From Candidatus Peregrinibacteria bacterium (lineage in GTDB: Bacteria; Patescibacteriota; Gracilibacteria; UBA1369; JABINC01), in NCBI GenBank assembly GCA_018697675.1, contig JABINC010000042.1, forward strand, positions 7,077 to 71,076: a stretch of 64,000 nt of DNA, written 5' to 3'. A program made the translations under genes and the position numbers. The notes under the pieces are model-generated. The model was not told the DNA's origin, searched no databases, and saw only the letters and a list, made by a program, of their open reading frames with translations. Numbering within the stretch: the stretch's first letter is position 1; the number at the start of each line of letters is the position of its first letter. Of the stretch, positions 18,654-27,081 are shown piece after piece.

Positions 18654-18998
18654 TTACCCATCTATTTCAGCCGAATCTCGACGACTATTTTCACCTAATT
18701 GAATAGCTCTGCACTTAGCTCTTGCACATTTTCTTACTCTCTTAAATAAAGCTATTAATGGATCGAATTCTGTATGCTTTGCATCATATTCCTCTCTTGC
18801 CTCTTTAAGGCTTCTAGCATGATCTGCACTTACAGTTTCGTACATATGTGCGATGTCACGAGCCATTTTTAATTCATAACCAACAGAATCTAGGATCTTT
18901 CTCATTTCTTTTATTGGCCTGTCCATTTGCTCAGATTGCATCCAACATTCAATTGGACGACATGGTGACTCTTCATGAAATTGGCATTCGTCTTCCAT
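18654..18998 (-). CDS. Hypothetical 114-aa Cys-containing protein
   Basis: I prefer the start at MEDECQF (nt 18998), because a promoter-like element lies inside the longer ORF-track version (start 19043). Five Cys residues (C5, C13, C18, RKCARAKC). Confidence 0.45.
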   Translation of the reverse strand: MEDECQFHEESPCRPIECWMQSEQMDRPIKEMRKILDSVGYELKMARDIAHMYETVSADHARSLKEAREEYDAKHTEFDPLIALFKRVRKCARAKCRAIQLGENSRRDSAEIDG

Positions 18999-19027
18999 AT
19001 TTTTCTTATAAAAAATATTAAGAAAGC

Positions 19028-19056
19028 ATAATACTAAATACACTTGCCTGTGGCAA
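19028..19056 (-). promoter_or_regulatory. Putative promoter of the orphan cassette (TTGCCA-N17-TATTAT on the minus strand)
   Basis: -35 at plus 19051-19056 and -10 at plus 19028-19033, 30 nt upstream of the ATG at 18998. It overlaps the palindrome CTTGCC-TGT-GGCAAG. Confidence 0.4.
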
Positions 19057-19130
19057 GTCTATCTTTCAGGAATTTGTCAACCTTGAAGAGAAGCTGAAAA
19101 GCAGGAGGTATTTTGAATTTAAATTTTAAC

Positions 19131-20015
19131 TTACGCTGCGAGTCCGAAAATTTGGAAAATATCTGTAGATTCGTTTGCGATAAACATCTTGCCATCTTTG
19201 TTCCAACTTTCTGGTAATTCTGGAGTCTCAGGCCTTTGCATATTTCTCGCTGCAGTATGAGGCTCTGCGAAAGCACTAATCCTACTACTCAACTCATCCG
19301 AAGCAGTACCATATTTTGCCCATATTCTATGGCATCCATACTTTTCTCCAAGACCCATGTCTTTTGGTCCATTATCACCAATTATCACAACCTCATTTGC
19401 GATTCGTTCACGGACCATTTCTACTACAGATTCTAGTTCCGTATCAGGCTTCGCCTTCTCTACAACTTGTATCTGTGGATATTTTGAAAGATCTCTCTTG
19501 CTTCGAAGTTCATCTGGAACATCTATTTCTGCCATCGGCATACCACAGATTTTGTCTATATACGGGATTAGCCCTGCACGTTCCAATCTTGATAATGCTT
19601 GATTCCATGGAGCGTCCGTCAAAATCACCTGCCGTATACCTCTTGCTCGGAGCTCTATCATCACTTCTATTATACCATCATAAACATGGAAGCCTTCACT
19701 ACGCGCAGCCTCAAATTCTTCTCGCACCCTTAATATAACTTCCGTTTCATCAAAATTTTCACAATCATCAAAAAGTCCATGCTCATTTAACCATTGTACA
19801 AGCCCTTCATTTTCGAGCGTCTTTTTTTCACCGTAAAAAGTTCTCATCATTGCGGTTGTCTCCTCGGGCGATTTCCCAGAAATCTCCGCAATAAAATCCC
19901 GCATCCGCTCATACGCATGAACCGCATATCCAACCCAGTCCCAAAGCGTATTATCTGCATCCCAGACAACTGTACTTATATCATCGAGAGGGATTTTGGG
20001 TGCGGTTTCGGTCAT
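19131..20015 (-). CDS. HAD-superfamily phosphatase/hydrolase
   Basis: Motif I VVWDADNTLWD (DxDxT), motif II VILTDAP, motif III Lys (EKAKPD) and motif IV IIGDNGPKD. Confidence 0.75.
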   Translation of the reverse strand: MTETAPKIPLDDISTVVWDADNTLWDWVGYAVHAYERMRDFIAEISGKSPEETTAMMRTFYGEKKTLENEGLVQWLNEHGLFDDCENFDETEVILRVREEFEAARSEGFHVYDGIIEVMIELRARGIRQVILTDAPWNQALSRLERAGLIPYIDKICGMPMAEIDVPDELRSKRDLSKYPQIQVVEKAKPDTELESVVEMVRERIANEVVIIGDNGPKDMGLGEKYGCHRIWAKYGTASDELSSRISAFAEPHTAARNMQRPETPELPESWNKDGKMFIANESTDIFQIFGLAA

Positions 20016-20120
20016 GAGATTTTTTTAAAAGGGGGTTAAGATATGTCTTAAGATGGATTGTGTCAATTAAACTTTCTCATGTAAAATACCTAGCGAACCT
20101 ATATTTTTACTTAATTTTCT

Positions 20121-20516
20121 ATGGAAGCTTCAACTTGGTATGCTACGTTAATTAGACCCTCTTTTGCGCCACCTGCGTGGGTATTTGGGCCTGTGTGGTC
20201 TGTACTTTATGTGATAATTGCAATTACTTTTGGGTATGTGTTTTGGTTATTTTTGAAAAAGAAAATTTCTTTCTGGGCTGTGCTGCCTTTTTTATTGAAT
20301 CTTGTATTTAATTTTTCATTTACCCCGATCCAATTTGGGCTTCAGAATAATATCCTCGCAGCAGTTGATGTGGTGCTTGTACTTGGGACTCTGATATGGG
20401 CTATGAAAACCATATACCCTCATGTGAAGTGGGTGGCATATGCGAATATTCCATATCTTCTATGGGTTTCTTTTGCGACCGTGCTACAACTCACAATTAC
20501 CTATCTGAATTTGTAG
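20121..20516 (+). CDS. tspO: TspO/MBR family tryptophan-rich sensory protein
   Basis: WYATLIRPSFAPPAWVFGPVWSVLYVIIAI plus further TM helices. It is somewhat short at 131 aa. Confidence 0.8.
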   Translation: MEASTWYATLIRPSFAPPAWVFGPVWSVLYVIIAITFGYVFWLFLKKKISFWAVLPFLLNLVFNFSFTPIQFGLQNNILAAVDVVLVLGTLIWAMKTIYPHVKWVAYANIPYLLWVSFATVLQLTITYLNL

Positions 20517-20543
20517 GATTTATGTGTTGTGCGAGTAGAAAGG

Positions 20544-22067
20544 CTATTTCTGTTTCTTCACTATTTTTATGAAGAAAATTAGCCCAAAGAGCATCACTCC
20601 GAGAACGAGGATGCCTTTTACGACTCTCACTACATCTCGCATTACCATACGGAAGCTAGTCTGTTGATTCTCTTCTGGAGTCATCTCGCGAAGAAGATCG
20701 TCTTTTGGAGTGTCGTCTGCAACTTCTTCTACGACCTCTTCTGTTGGTTCAGTAGCTGGTTCCGAAACCTCTTCTTTTTCATATTCCGGTGGCTCAAACA
20801 ACCCCAGGAGCTTAAATTCTGATATAGCGGTATCATCATATTTTGTACCTTCGTATACGCTCACAATTTCTAATTTTACTTCATCATAGGCTTTGATTGG
20901 CTGTGGCAAATTCACAATCTGATATCCGAATTCATCTTTCAGTTCCAAAATTTGTTCGCTTCCATCTGAGAAAATAAGTTTCAATTCTGATACACGATTG
21001 TTCTCTGCCCAGAGCTCCTGTGATGCACCATAGCCATTAAAAATACGGGCTTTTTCGTATGTTCTCTCCAGATTGTCTCCATATCCGTTGTATTCCATCT
21101 GAATAGGAGATCTCGCCCATTCGCCTATCCCATCTCCTTCTACTCCTTCAACCCATGCCGTCTCTGTATTATGGTCATGAGAATAACAAGGTGTATATGA
21201 AAGTTCTCCTTGTACTTGCAGCCAAGAAGAGGCGTCTTTCGGCCCTAGCTCTTCGTCATACAAACTACACATCATGTTTTTACCGTTTATGTCTGTATAT
21301 TGGATTTTTATATTATCAGTAGCACCTGGCTCAAAATCAGTGAAATGCCATTTAACTTGATTGAAACTTGGGTCAAATTCATAACCTGCCGGAGCTGCTT
21401 TATCTAAATCATGTACAGTTATACCACCATGGAATGTCACAACAATCTTCGCACTTTCTATTGAGTTTTTCCAAGATGAACCCGTCGACAATGTGTAATT
21501 CGTCCAACTCATACCCGCTTTGTAACTGTTTGGGATAGCCCAATATGTGTTTTTGATCTCCGTATTTCCAGGAGGAAAAGTTAATTCTGAAACATACCAA
21601 TTTGGCACTTCTGAGTCATATTCATTTATTTGCAATTCTTCTGTGCCAGCCTGCTTTTCTACCGCTATTTCTTCCCATTTGTTGTTTTGCTTTTTGAAAG
21701 TTTTGAAATCTTGCAATTTGTCTCGAGAACTTGAGTCCCTGCATTCATAGTCGCAAAATTCTGGGAAGCCCATTTTTATATCTACTGCCTCTTCTGAAAT
21801 ATTTTTAAAAGTGTAAGTAATGTCGTATTTAACATATCCACTCATTAATTTCTCATCTTCAATTTCCCCAGGTTCTATGCCTTCCCAGACCCACTTCCCA
21901 CTGGGATAGATATCTATTTTTACGATTTCATCTAACATCTGAACATCACTGTTGTTTAGAATTTTTATGTTGCCACCCTTGCCACCGATAGAGGCCTCAT
22001 CTGCAAAAACCAATCCTGGAAAAGCGATCAAGAGAGTTAGAAATATTGATAAAAGTATGTTTTTCAT
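20544..22067 (-). CDS. Secreted, C-terminally membrane-anchored protein with a discoidin/NADase-type glycan-binding-like domain
   Basis: Signal peptide MKNILLSIFLTLLIAFPGLVFA and a C-terminal TM helix ILVLGVMLFGLIFFI. The block TETAWVEGVEGDGIGEWAR...NRVSELKLIFSDGSEQ...ISEFKLLG resembles jelly-roll carbohydrate-binding modules. The N-terminal half is possibly DUF4424-like. Confidence 0.55.
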   Translation of the reverse strand: MKNILLSIFLTLLIAFPGLVFADEASIGGKGGNIKILNNSDVQMLDEIVKIDIYPSGKWVWEGIEPGEIEDEKLMSGYVKYDITYTFKNISEEAVDIKMGFPEFCDYECRDSSSRDKLQDFKTFKKQNNKWEEIAVEKQAGTEELQINEYDSEVPNWYVSELTFPPGNTEIKNTYWAIPNSYKAGMSWTNYTLSTGSSWKNSIESAKIVVTFHGGITVHDLDKAAPAGYEFDPSFNQVKWHFTDFEPGATDNIKIQYTDINGKNMMCSLYDEELGPKDASSWLQVQGELSYTPCYSHDHNTETAWVEGVEGDGIGEWARSPIQMEYNGYGDNLERTYEKARIFNGYGASQELWAENNRVSELKLIFSDGSEQILELKDEFGYQIVNLPQPIKAYDEVKLEIVSVYEGTKYDDTAISEFKLLGLFEPPEYEKEEVSEPATEPTEEVVEEVADDTPKDDLLREMTPEENQQTSFRMVMRDVVRVVKGILVLGVMLFGLIFFIKIVKKQK

Positions 22068-22139
22068 AGGTTTTAGTTAAAAAGTCGGCTCATTTTAGCT
22101 TTTTTTGATGTATAAAGGCAAATTTTCGTTTTTGGACCA

Positions 22140-22168
22140 TTGAAAAAACACTATTTTGATGCTATAAT
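22140..22168 (+). promoter_or_regulatory. Strong sigma70-like promoter (TTGAAA-N17-TGcTATAAT) for the 1216-aa surface protein
   Basis: -35 at 22140-22145 and an extended -10 TGC-TATAAT at 22160-22168, 32 nt before the ATG. Confidence 0.55.
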
Positions 22169-22200
22169 ATAGGGAAATTAATAAATAGATCTGTACTACC

Positions 22201-25200
22201 ATGCTTAAAATTTCAAAAAAAATCTGTATAGTGCTTATTTTAGCAACGTTTTTGTCTTTTTCTCTTGCCATTAGTACTGTATTTGCAGGTGGCCCAACTT
22301 ATACCGTAGATACCCTAACTGATGAAAATGATGGTGACTGTGGAGGAGATGGAGACTGTGCGCTCCGTGACGCACTTGATGATGCAAGTTCTACTGGAGG
22401 TAAGATTGATTTCAGTGTTAGTGGAACCATAACTTTTGGATCTAATGGACCAAGTATAAGTGGGTCTAATGCGATTAGTTTGGAATGTGATGGGAACATC
22501 ATCTTTGATGGTAGTGGAGGTAGTTGGAAAGGATTTCATTTAGGAAATAATGGTACAATTAAGGGATGTCAGATTCAAAACATGAACGAATCTTCTGTAT
22601 ATATGGAAGGAGGAGCGACTCTCGGAGGTGCTACTGCTGCTGACAGAAATATTATATTAGACAAAGGAATCGATGTAAGTAGTAATAATAACAGAATTGT
22701 CGGTAACTATATCGGACTTGAATCAGATGGATCCACTGTGAACGCGGGGGCAACTGGTGTTTATATATCTAGTGGAAGCGGCCATCAGATCGGGAGCAAT
22801 AGTGCGGGAGGAATTAACGTAATTTCTGGACAAAGCGGCTGTGGTATCGACTTTGCTACTATTGGTGTCACTGGTGACGTAAATATTTGGGGGAATTATA
22901 TAGGAACCGATGCTACTGGAACTGTATCCAAACAAAACACTACTGGTATATGTATCGACAATGGAACCCCTACTTTAGCTGGGAATATTGTTATTGGTGG
23001 TAATACGGAAGATGAACGTAATGTAATTGCCGGAAATTTGGGTGATGGTATCTATATAAGTACTGCAACATTCACTGGTAACCTTTCAATTGATGGAAAT
23101 TTTATAGGCGTGGATTCTACTGGTAATACCATGCTCACGAATGGGGATGAAGGTATTGAACTCTATAGTGCTGATTGTAGTGGCGGAACATGTGAAATTG
23201 TGAGTAATGTTATCTCTGGTAATAGTGGGAATGGTATTGAATTCGGCGGAGCGACAAGTGCTTTTGATATTTTCGATAACTGGATTGGTATTAATAAAGA
23301 TGGTGACACTGCTATAGCAAATGCAAATGGTATATACACCGCTGACACTTCTTCTGATATTTCAATTGGAGTTTCTGGGGAAGACCCAAATGTAATTTCT
23401 GGTAATACTGGGGCTGGTGTTTTATTTAATGATGGTTCTAGCTTTACAGTTGAAGGCAATATAATTGGTCTTAATTTTACCTCAGACACAGCTATTGCGA
23501 ATGGATATGGAATAAGGACTCTCGGTGGAGATGATATTACTATCGGTGGTAGCAGCACACCAGAATCAAATATTATTTCTGGGAATGGCGTTGGTATAGA
23601 AATCAACGATACTTCGGGAAATCTTTCAAATGTAACTGTGACTGGTAACTATATTGGTACAAACACCTCTCTTGAAGATTTTGGAAATAGTGGAGCGGGT
23701 ATATTGATAAATAATGGAATGACTACAGCTACTCTGGGTTATGGATTTTCTGATACAATCGATTCTCCGCTCATAAAGGCAAATAAGATTGGGTTTAATG
23801 GAAGCGGTAGTGATAATGATATAACCGTTGATGGCGGTAGCACTAATACAAATACGCTTCGTGGTAATATATTTTCTTTGGCAGCTGGGGACAGTTCAGC
23901 TAACACTGCATTTGAAGATGGAGCCCAAGGTGACGCAAGTAATTCTGGGACTGCTTTTACAACTATAAATGAAGATGAAATTACTGGTACAACTGATGCT
24001 GCTGATGGAAGTAAAATTGATTTTTATACTTTAGATGGAAGTTACAACACTACATTTGCGGGAACTGAAACAATTGCTAGTGGAGCTTTCTCGCTCTCTG
24101 GGACATTTACTCTAGGAGATACCGTTTATTATCAGATAATTAAATCTGATGGTAACTCTTATCCTTTTGCAAGTGCTGGAACAATAGTAGATGCTGCACC
24201 TACGGGACTCGCTAATTTTGCTATCAGCAGAAGTGGGAATGATATGGCTGCTTCATGGACCGCAGCTACTTCTAGTAATTTCTTGAATTATGAAATCTGG
24301 TATGGAACGACTGAAGCGGATGTAGGGAATCGGACTGGGACTGCAACTGAATGGGACAATGACGATGACACCGATCTAGCAACTGTAACTACTGCTTCGA
24401 CAACTATAACCGCAGGAACTATGGACCTGACAACTCCTGGTCAAACTTATTACTTCAAAATCTGGGCTGTGGGAAGTGGTGGAGAAGCTACTTTGAATGC
24501 TCTTTCTTACTTTACTGGTGTATCTGGAGGAGGCTCGAGTAGCTCATCTAGTAGCTCATCTTCTAGTAGCGAGGCTGGCAGCTCTGAAGAGGGCACTTCT
24601 GAAGGTGGGACTTCCGGAGGGACTGGAACGTCTGCAGTGAGCCCCGTGGAAGCCGCAATTGATGACTCGGTAGCTGGATATGATGAAAGTTCATCTGAAG
24701 ATAGTGGTTCTGGGACTGATGATGAATGGAGTGATGATGAAGTAAGCGATGACTCTTCGGATGAAGTAAGCGATTCTGAAGAGGCAGTTGAAGGTGGAGG
24801 CACCGCAACTGTAAATCCTGAAGAAGAAGCTGAGAAGAAAAAGGATTCAGATAGAGATAAACTTTCTAATTACCTTGAGAAACAACTGGGGACTGATCCA
24901 TTTGATGAAGATACTGATGGAGATGGACTTACCGATTACAAAGAATTGAAAAAACATAAAACAAATCCACTCTCGATGGACACGGATGAAGATGGATTTA
25001 CCGATAATTATGAGCTTTTGAATGCATTTGATCCGAATGATATCTGTGATCCTGGAAGTGTTAATTTAGACAAAGAAATTCAAGAAGAATGTGCGAAATA
25101 TGCAACAAGGGCCAAGAACATTAAGAAAATTAAGATTAAGAAAAAGAGTGAAGAGCAGATTGCTGCGGAAGCAGCTGAAGAAGCAGCGGAAGAAGCAAAG

Positions 25201-25851
25201 AAAGAAATTGAAGTTGATGAAAAGATTGTAGAAGAAGTTCAGGAAGAAGCGAAGAAAGTACTTCAAGAAGAAGAGAATAAAGAGATGCTTTGGAGTGAGA
25301 GATATTACAAAAAATTGCTTGGGACAGAGACTATTCGGCAGGCTGTGAGTGCGTCGCCGAATCTCAAGAAAACTATCAAGAGATTTATAGATGATCCTGA
25401 TGCCAAGACGACCAAGGGAGATGCCCTCATACTTTCTATGATTATATTCAATGGAGATCTGATAAAAGACGAAAGCCTAACGAGTTCAGACGATGCTAGC
25501 GCATTTGTTACTCGCGCACTTTCTGGACGTATTTTGAATAAATTTATTCACAGTGCATTTGATAAGAAAGAGTCTTTGTCGCGCGGCGAAGCCGCGCGCA
25601 TGATGCTCAAAGCATCTGGAATATCTCTGAAGATGAGATTCTCTTCGAAAGCTGAAGAAAACTTCGGATTTGATTCTTCACCTTGTACCGACGTATCGCG
25701 AAGCATAGAAAACGCCTCATACGTTTATTACCTGCTCAACAAAGGAATCCTCGAAGGCTACGAAGACAAAACATGCCGACCATACGCATCAGTCTCAAAT
25801 GCCGAATTCGTCAAGATGCTGATCCTACTTGATCAGGAGAGGGTGAAGTAA
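22201..25851 (+). CDS. 1216-aa secreted mosaic surface protein: right-handed beta-helix (PbH1) repeats + FN3 + Ser/acidic linker + thrombospondin-type-3 Ca-binding repeats + K/E coiled region + SLH-like C-terminus
   Basis: Signal peptide. Repeated (N)VI(S/A)GN..(D/N)GI motifs. FN3 WTAATSSNFLNYEIWYG...YYFKIWAV. Poly-Ser S13. DTDGDGLTDYKE and DTDEDGFTDNYE. C-terminal VSRSIENASYVYYLLNKGILEGYED...SNAEFVKMLILL. Confidence 0.8.
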   Translation: MLKISKKICIVLILATFLSFSLAISTVFAGGPTYTVDTLTDENDGDCGGDGDCALRDALDDASSTGGKIDFSVSGTITFGSNGPSISGSNAISLECDGNIIFDGSGGSWKGFHLGNNGTIKGCQIQNMNESSVYMEGGATLGGATAADRNIILDKGIDVSSNNNRIVGNYIGLESDGSTVNAGATGVYISSGSGHQIGSNSAGGINVISGQSGCGIDFATIGVTGDVNIWGNYIGTDATGTVSKQNTTGICIDNGTPTLAGNIVIGGNTEDERNVIAGNLGDGIYISTATFTGNLSIDGNFIGVDSTGNTMLTNGDEGIELYSADCSGGTCEIVSNVISGNSGNGIEFGGATSAFDIFDNWIGINKDGDTAIANANGIYTADTSSDISIGVSGEDPNVISGNTGAGVLFNDGSSFTVEGNIIGLNFTSDTAIANGYGIRTLGGDDITIGGSSTPESNIISGNGVGIEINDTSGNLSNVTVTGNYIGTNTSLEDFGNSGAGILINNGMTTATLGYGFSDTIDSPLIKANKIGFNGSGSDNDITVDGGSTNTNTLRGNIFSLAAGDSSANTAFEDGAQGDASNSGTAFTTINEDEITGTTDAADGSKIDFYTLDGSYNTTFAGTETIASGAFSLSGTFTLGDTVYYQIIKSDGNSYPFASAGTIVDAAPTGLANFAISRSGNDMAASWTAATSSNFLNYEIWYGTTEADVGNRTGTATEWDNDDDTDLATVTTASTTITAGTMDLTTPGQTYYFKIWAVGSGGEATLNALSYFTGVSGGGSSSSSSSSSSSSEAGSSEEGTSEGGTSGGTGTSAVSPVEAAIDDSVAGYDESSSEDSGSGTDDEWSDDEVSDDSSDEVSDSEEAVEGGGTATVNPEEEAEKKKDSDRDKLSNYLEKQLGTDPFDEDTDGDGLTDYKELKKHKTNPLSMDTDEDGFTDNYELLNAFDPNDICDPGSVNLDKEIQEECAKYATRAKNIKKIKIKKKSEEQIAAEAAEEAAEEAKKEIEVDEKIVEEVQEEAKKVLQEEENKEMLWSERYYKKLLGTETIRQAVSASPNLKKTIKRFIDDPDAKTTKGDALILSMIIFNGDLIKDESLTSSDDASAFVTRALSGRILNKFIHSAFDKKESLSRGEAARMMLKASGISLKMRFSSKAEENFGFDSSPCTDVSRSIENASYVYYLLNKGILEGYEDKTCRPYASVSNAEFVKMLILLDQERVK

Positions 25852-25856
25852 AATTC

Positions 25857-26945
25857 CTACCAGTTTCTCAAGCCAGCTTTTTCCCATCCGTCGAAACATC
25901 TTTGGTATTTAGGGTTTTGGTATCCGATTTTTACATCTACCCAAATTCCTCCTTCGGTAAATCTTAAAGCTATCTCAACCTCACATTTATCCAGTTTAAC
26001 TTCACTTGGACTGTACGCATAGCCTTTTCCCTGAAAATATCTTTGCCTCCTACAAACCAACGTCCTTCCAGAAAATTTCTGCTTTAATTTTTCGATTATC
26101 AATGCTGACGCTCTTTTTAACCAGGCATTTCTTATGATACCGTGTTCTGTAAAGATTTTATCATAACCTTGCAGTGGAAGCTGACTATCCCAGTCATATA
26201 CAATGGTGTCTGTACCTAATCCAGTCTCTTCATGTCGTATAAAACCTTGTAAGTCTATCTTTTTAGTTTGAAGGCTGTGAAAACAAGATGGCTCACTTCT
26301 CATCATATTTCTAAAAATTTCATCTGCAAGCCGACTGCTAACTTGTCTCTGCCTATCTATAGCGAGATCATGGATTGCCAGCTCTAACAATTTTCTACGG
26401 GCTAGATTACTACTTCTTTGATCCTCTTCTTCACATAGCCCCATTACTTCTTCCCATAGTTGTTTGTTTACCACTTTTTCCGCATCAGTAACTGCCCTTC
26501 CTACACCTCCTATGTCACCTACCAACTTTCTCAAATCTCTATCATCTAATAATTCAAAAACTTGCTCAGCTAAATCCTCTTTCGGTAGAAATTTAGCATC
26601 TACACCTCTCATTTTTGCAATACCTTCTCCAACTATTCTAGGAGTTTCTCCATCTTCTGTTGGAACTAATCCTACTCCCGAAAATGCACTATTTTTATAC
26701 GTCGTACATCTTCCAATGAGTGCACGTGCACCTGATGCCAATTCTACTACGCCATGATGATCATATTCTCCCAATCTTACTCCTCCACTAGATATTGAAT
26801 TACATAAATCCGCTTTAGCCTTTAACCATTCTTCATATGTTTCTGGACCCACATATATATCTCCGCCTCTAAAGTCCCCAGATTCAAGCCTTTCTTCAGG
26901 AATTACGCTTAATTCTTCTCTTGGGAGTGGTTCTCTTTCCGACAT
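25857..26945 (-). CDS. Hypothetical acidic cytoplasmic protein (orphan, ~362 aa)
   Basis: Long ORF with no signal peptide or TM helix and no recognisable catalytic motif. I prefer the start at MSEREPLP (26945). It contains the motif RLGEYDHHG. Confidence 0.5.
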   Translation of the reverse strand: MSEREPLPREELSVIPEERLESGDFRGGDIYVGPETYEEWLKAKADLCNSISSGGVRLGEYDHHGVVELASGARALIGRCTTYKNSAFSGVGLVPTEDGETPRIVGEGIAKMRGVDAKFLPKEDLAEQVFELLDDRDLRKLVGDIGGVGRAVTDAEKVVNKQLWEEVMGLCEEEDQRSSNLARRKLLELAIHDLAIDRQRQVSSRLADEIFRNMMRSEPSCFHSLQTKKIDLQGFIRHEETGLGTDTIVYDWDSQLPLQGYDKIFTEHGIIRNAWLKRASALIIEKLKQKFSGRTLVCRRQRYFQGKGYAYSPSEVKLDKCEVEIALRFTEGGIWVDVKIGYQNPKYQRCFDGWEKAGLRNW

Positions 26946-27081
26946 AATATTTGATTTTAACCTTATATGAGGCATCACCTTAGCATATATCTTTCATATT
27001 GCAAGTATTGCTTAGTGATTTTTTTATTTTCCGCTTTTTCTCTCAAAGCCCCTCGTTTTTCCTGAAGATATAATCTAAATT

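Noticed and set aside
12251-20015. Genomic island or prophage integrated at the tRNA-Gly genes
   Set aside because: There is no integrase, no direct repeat of the tRNA 3' end downstream, and the housekeeping gene rarA lies between the tRNAs and the cassette. GC content looked only marginally different by eye and I could not compute it reliably.
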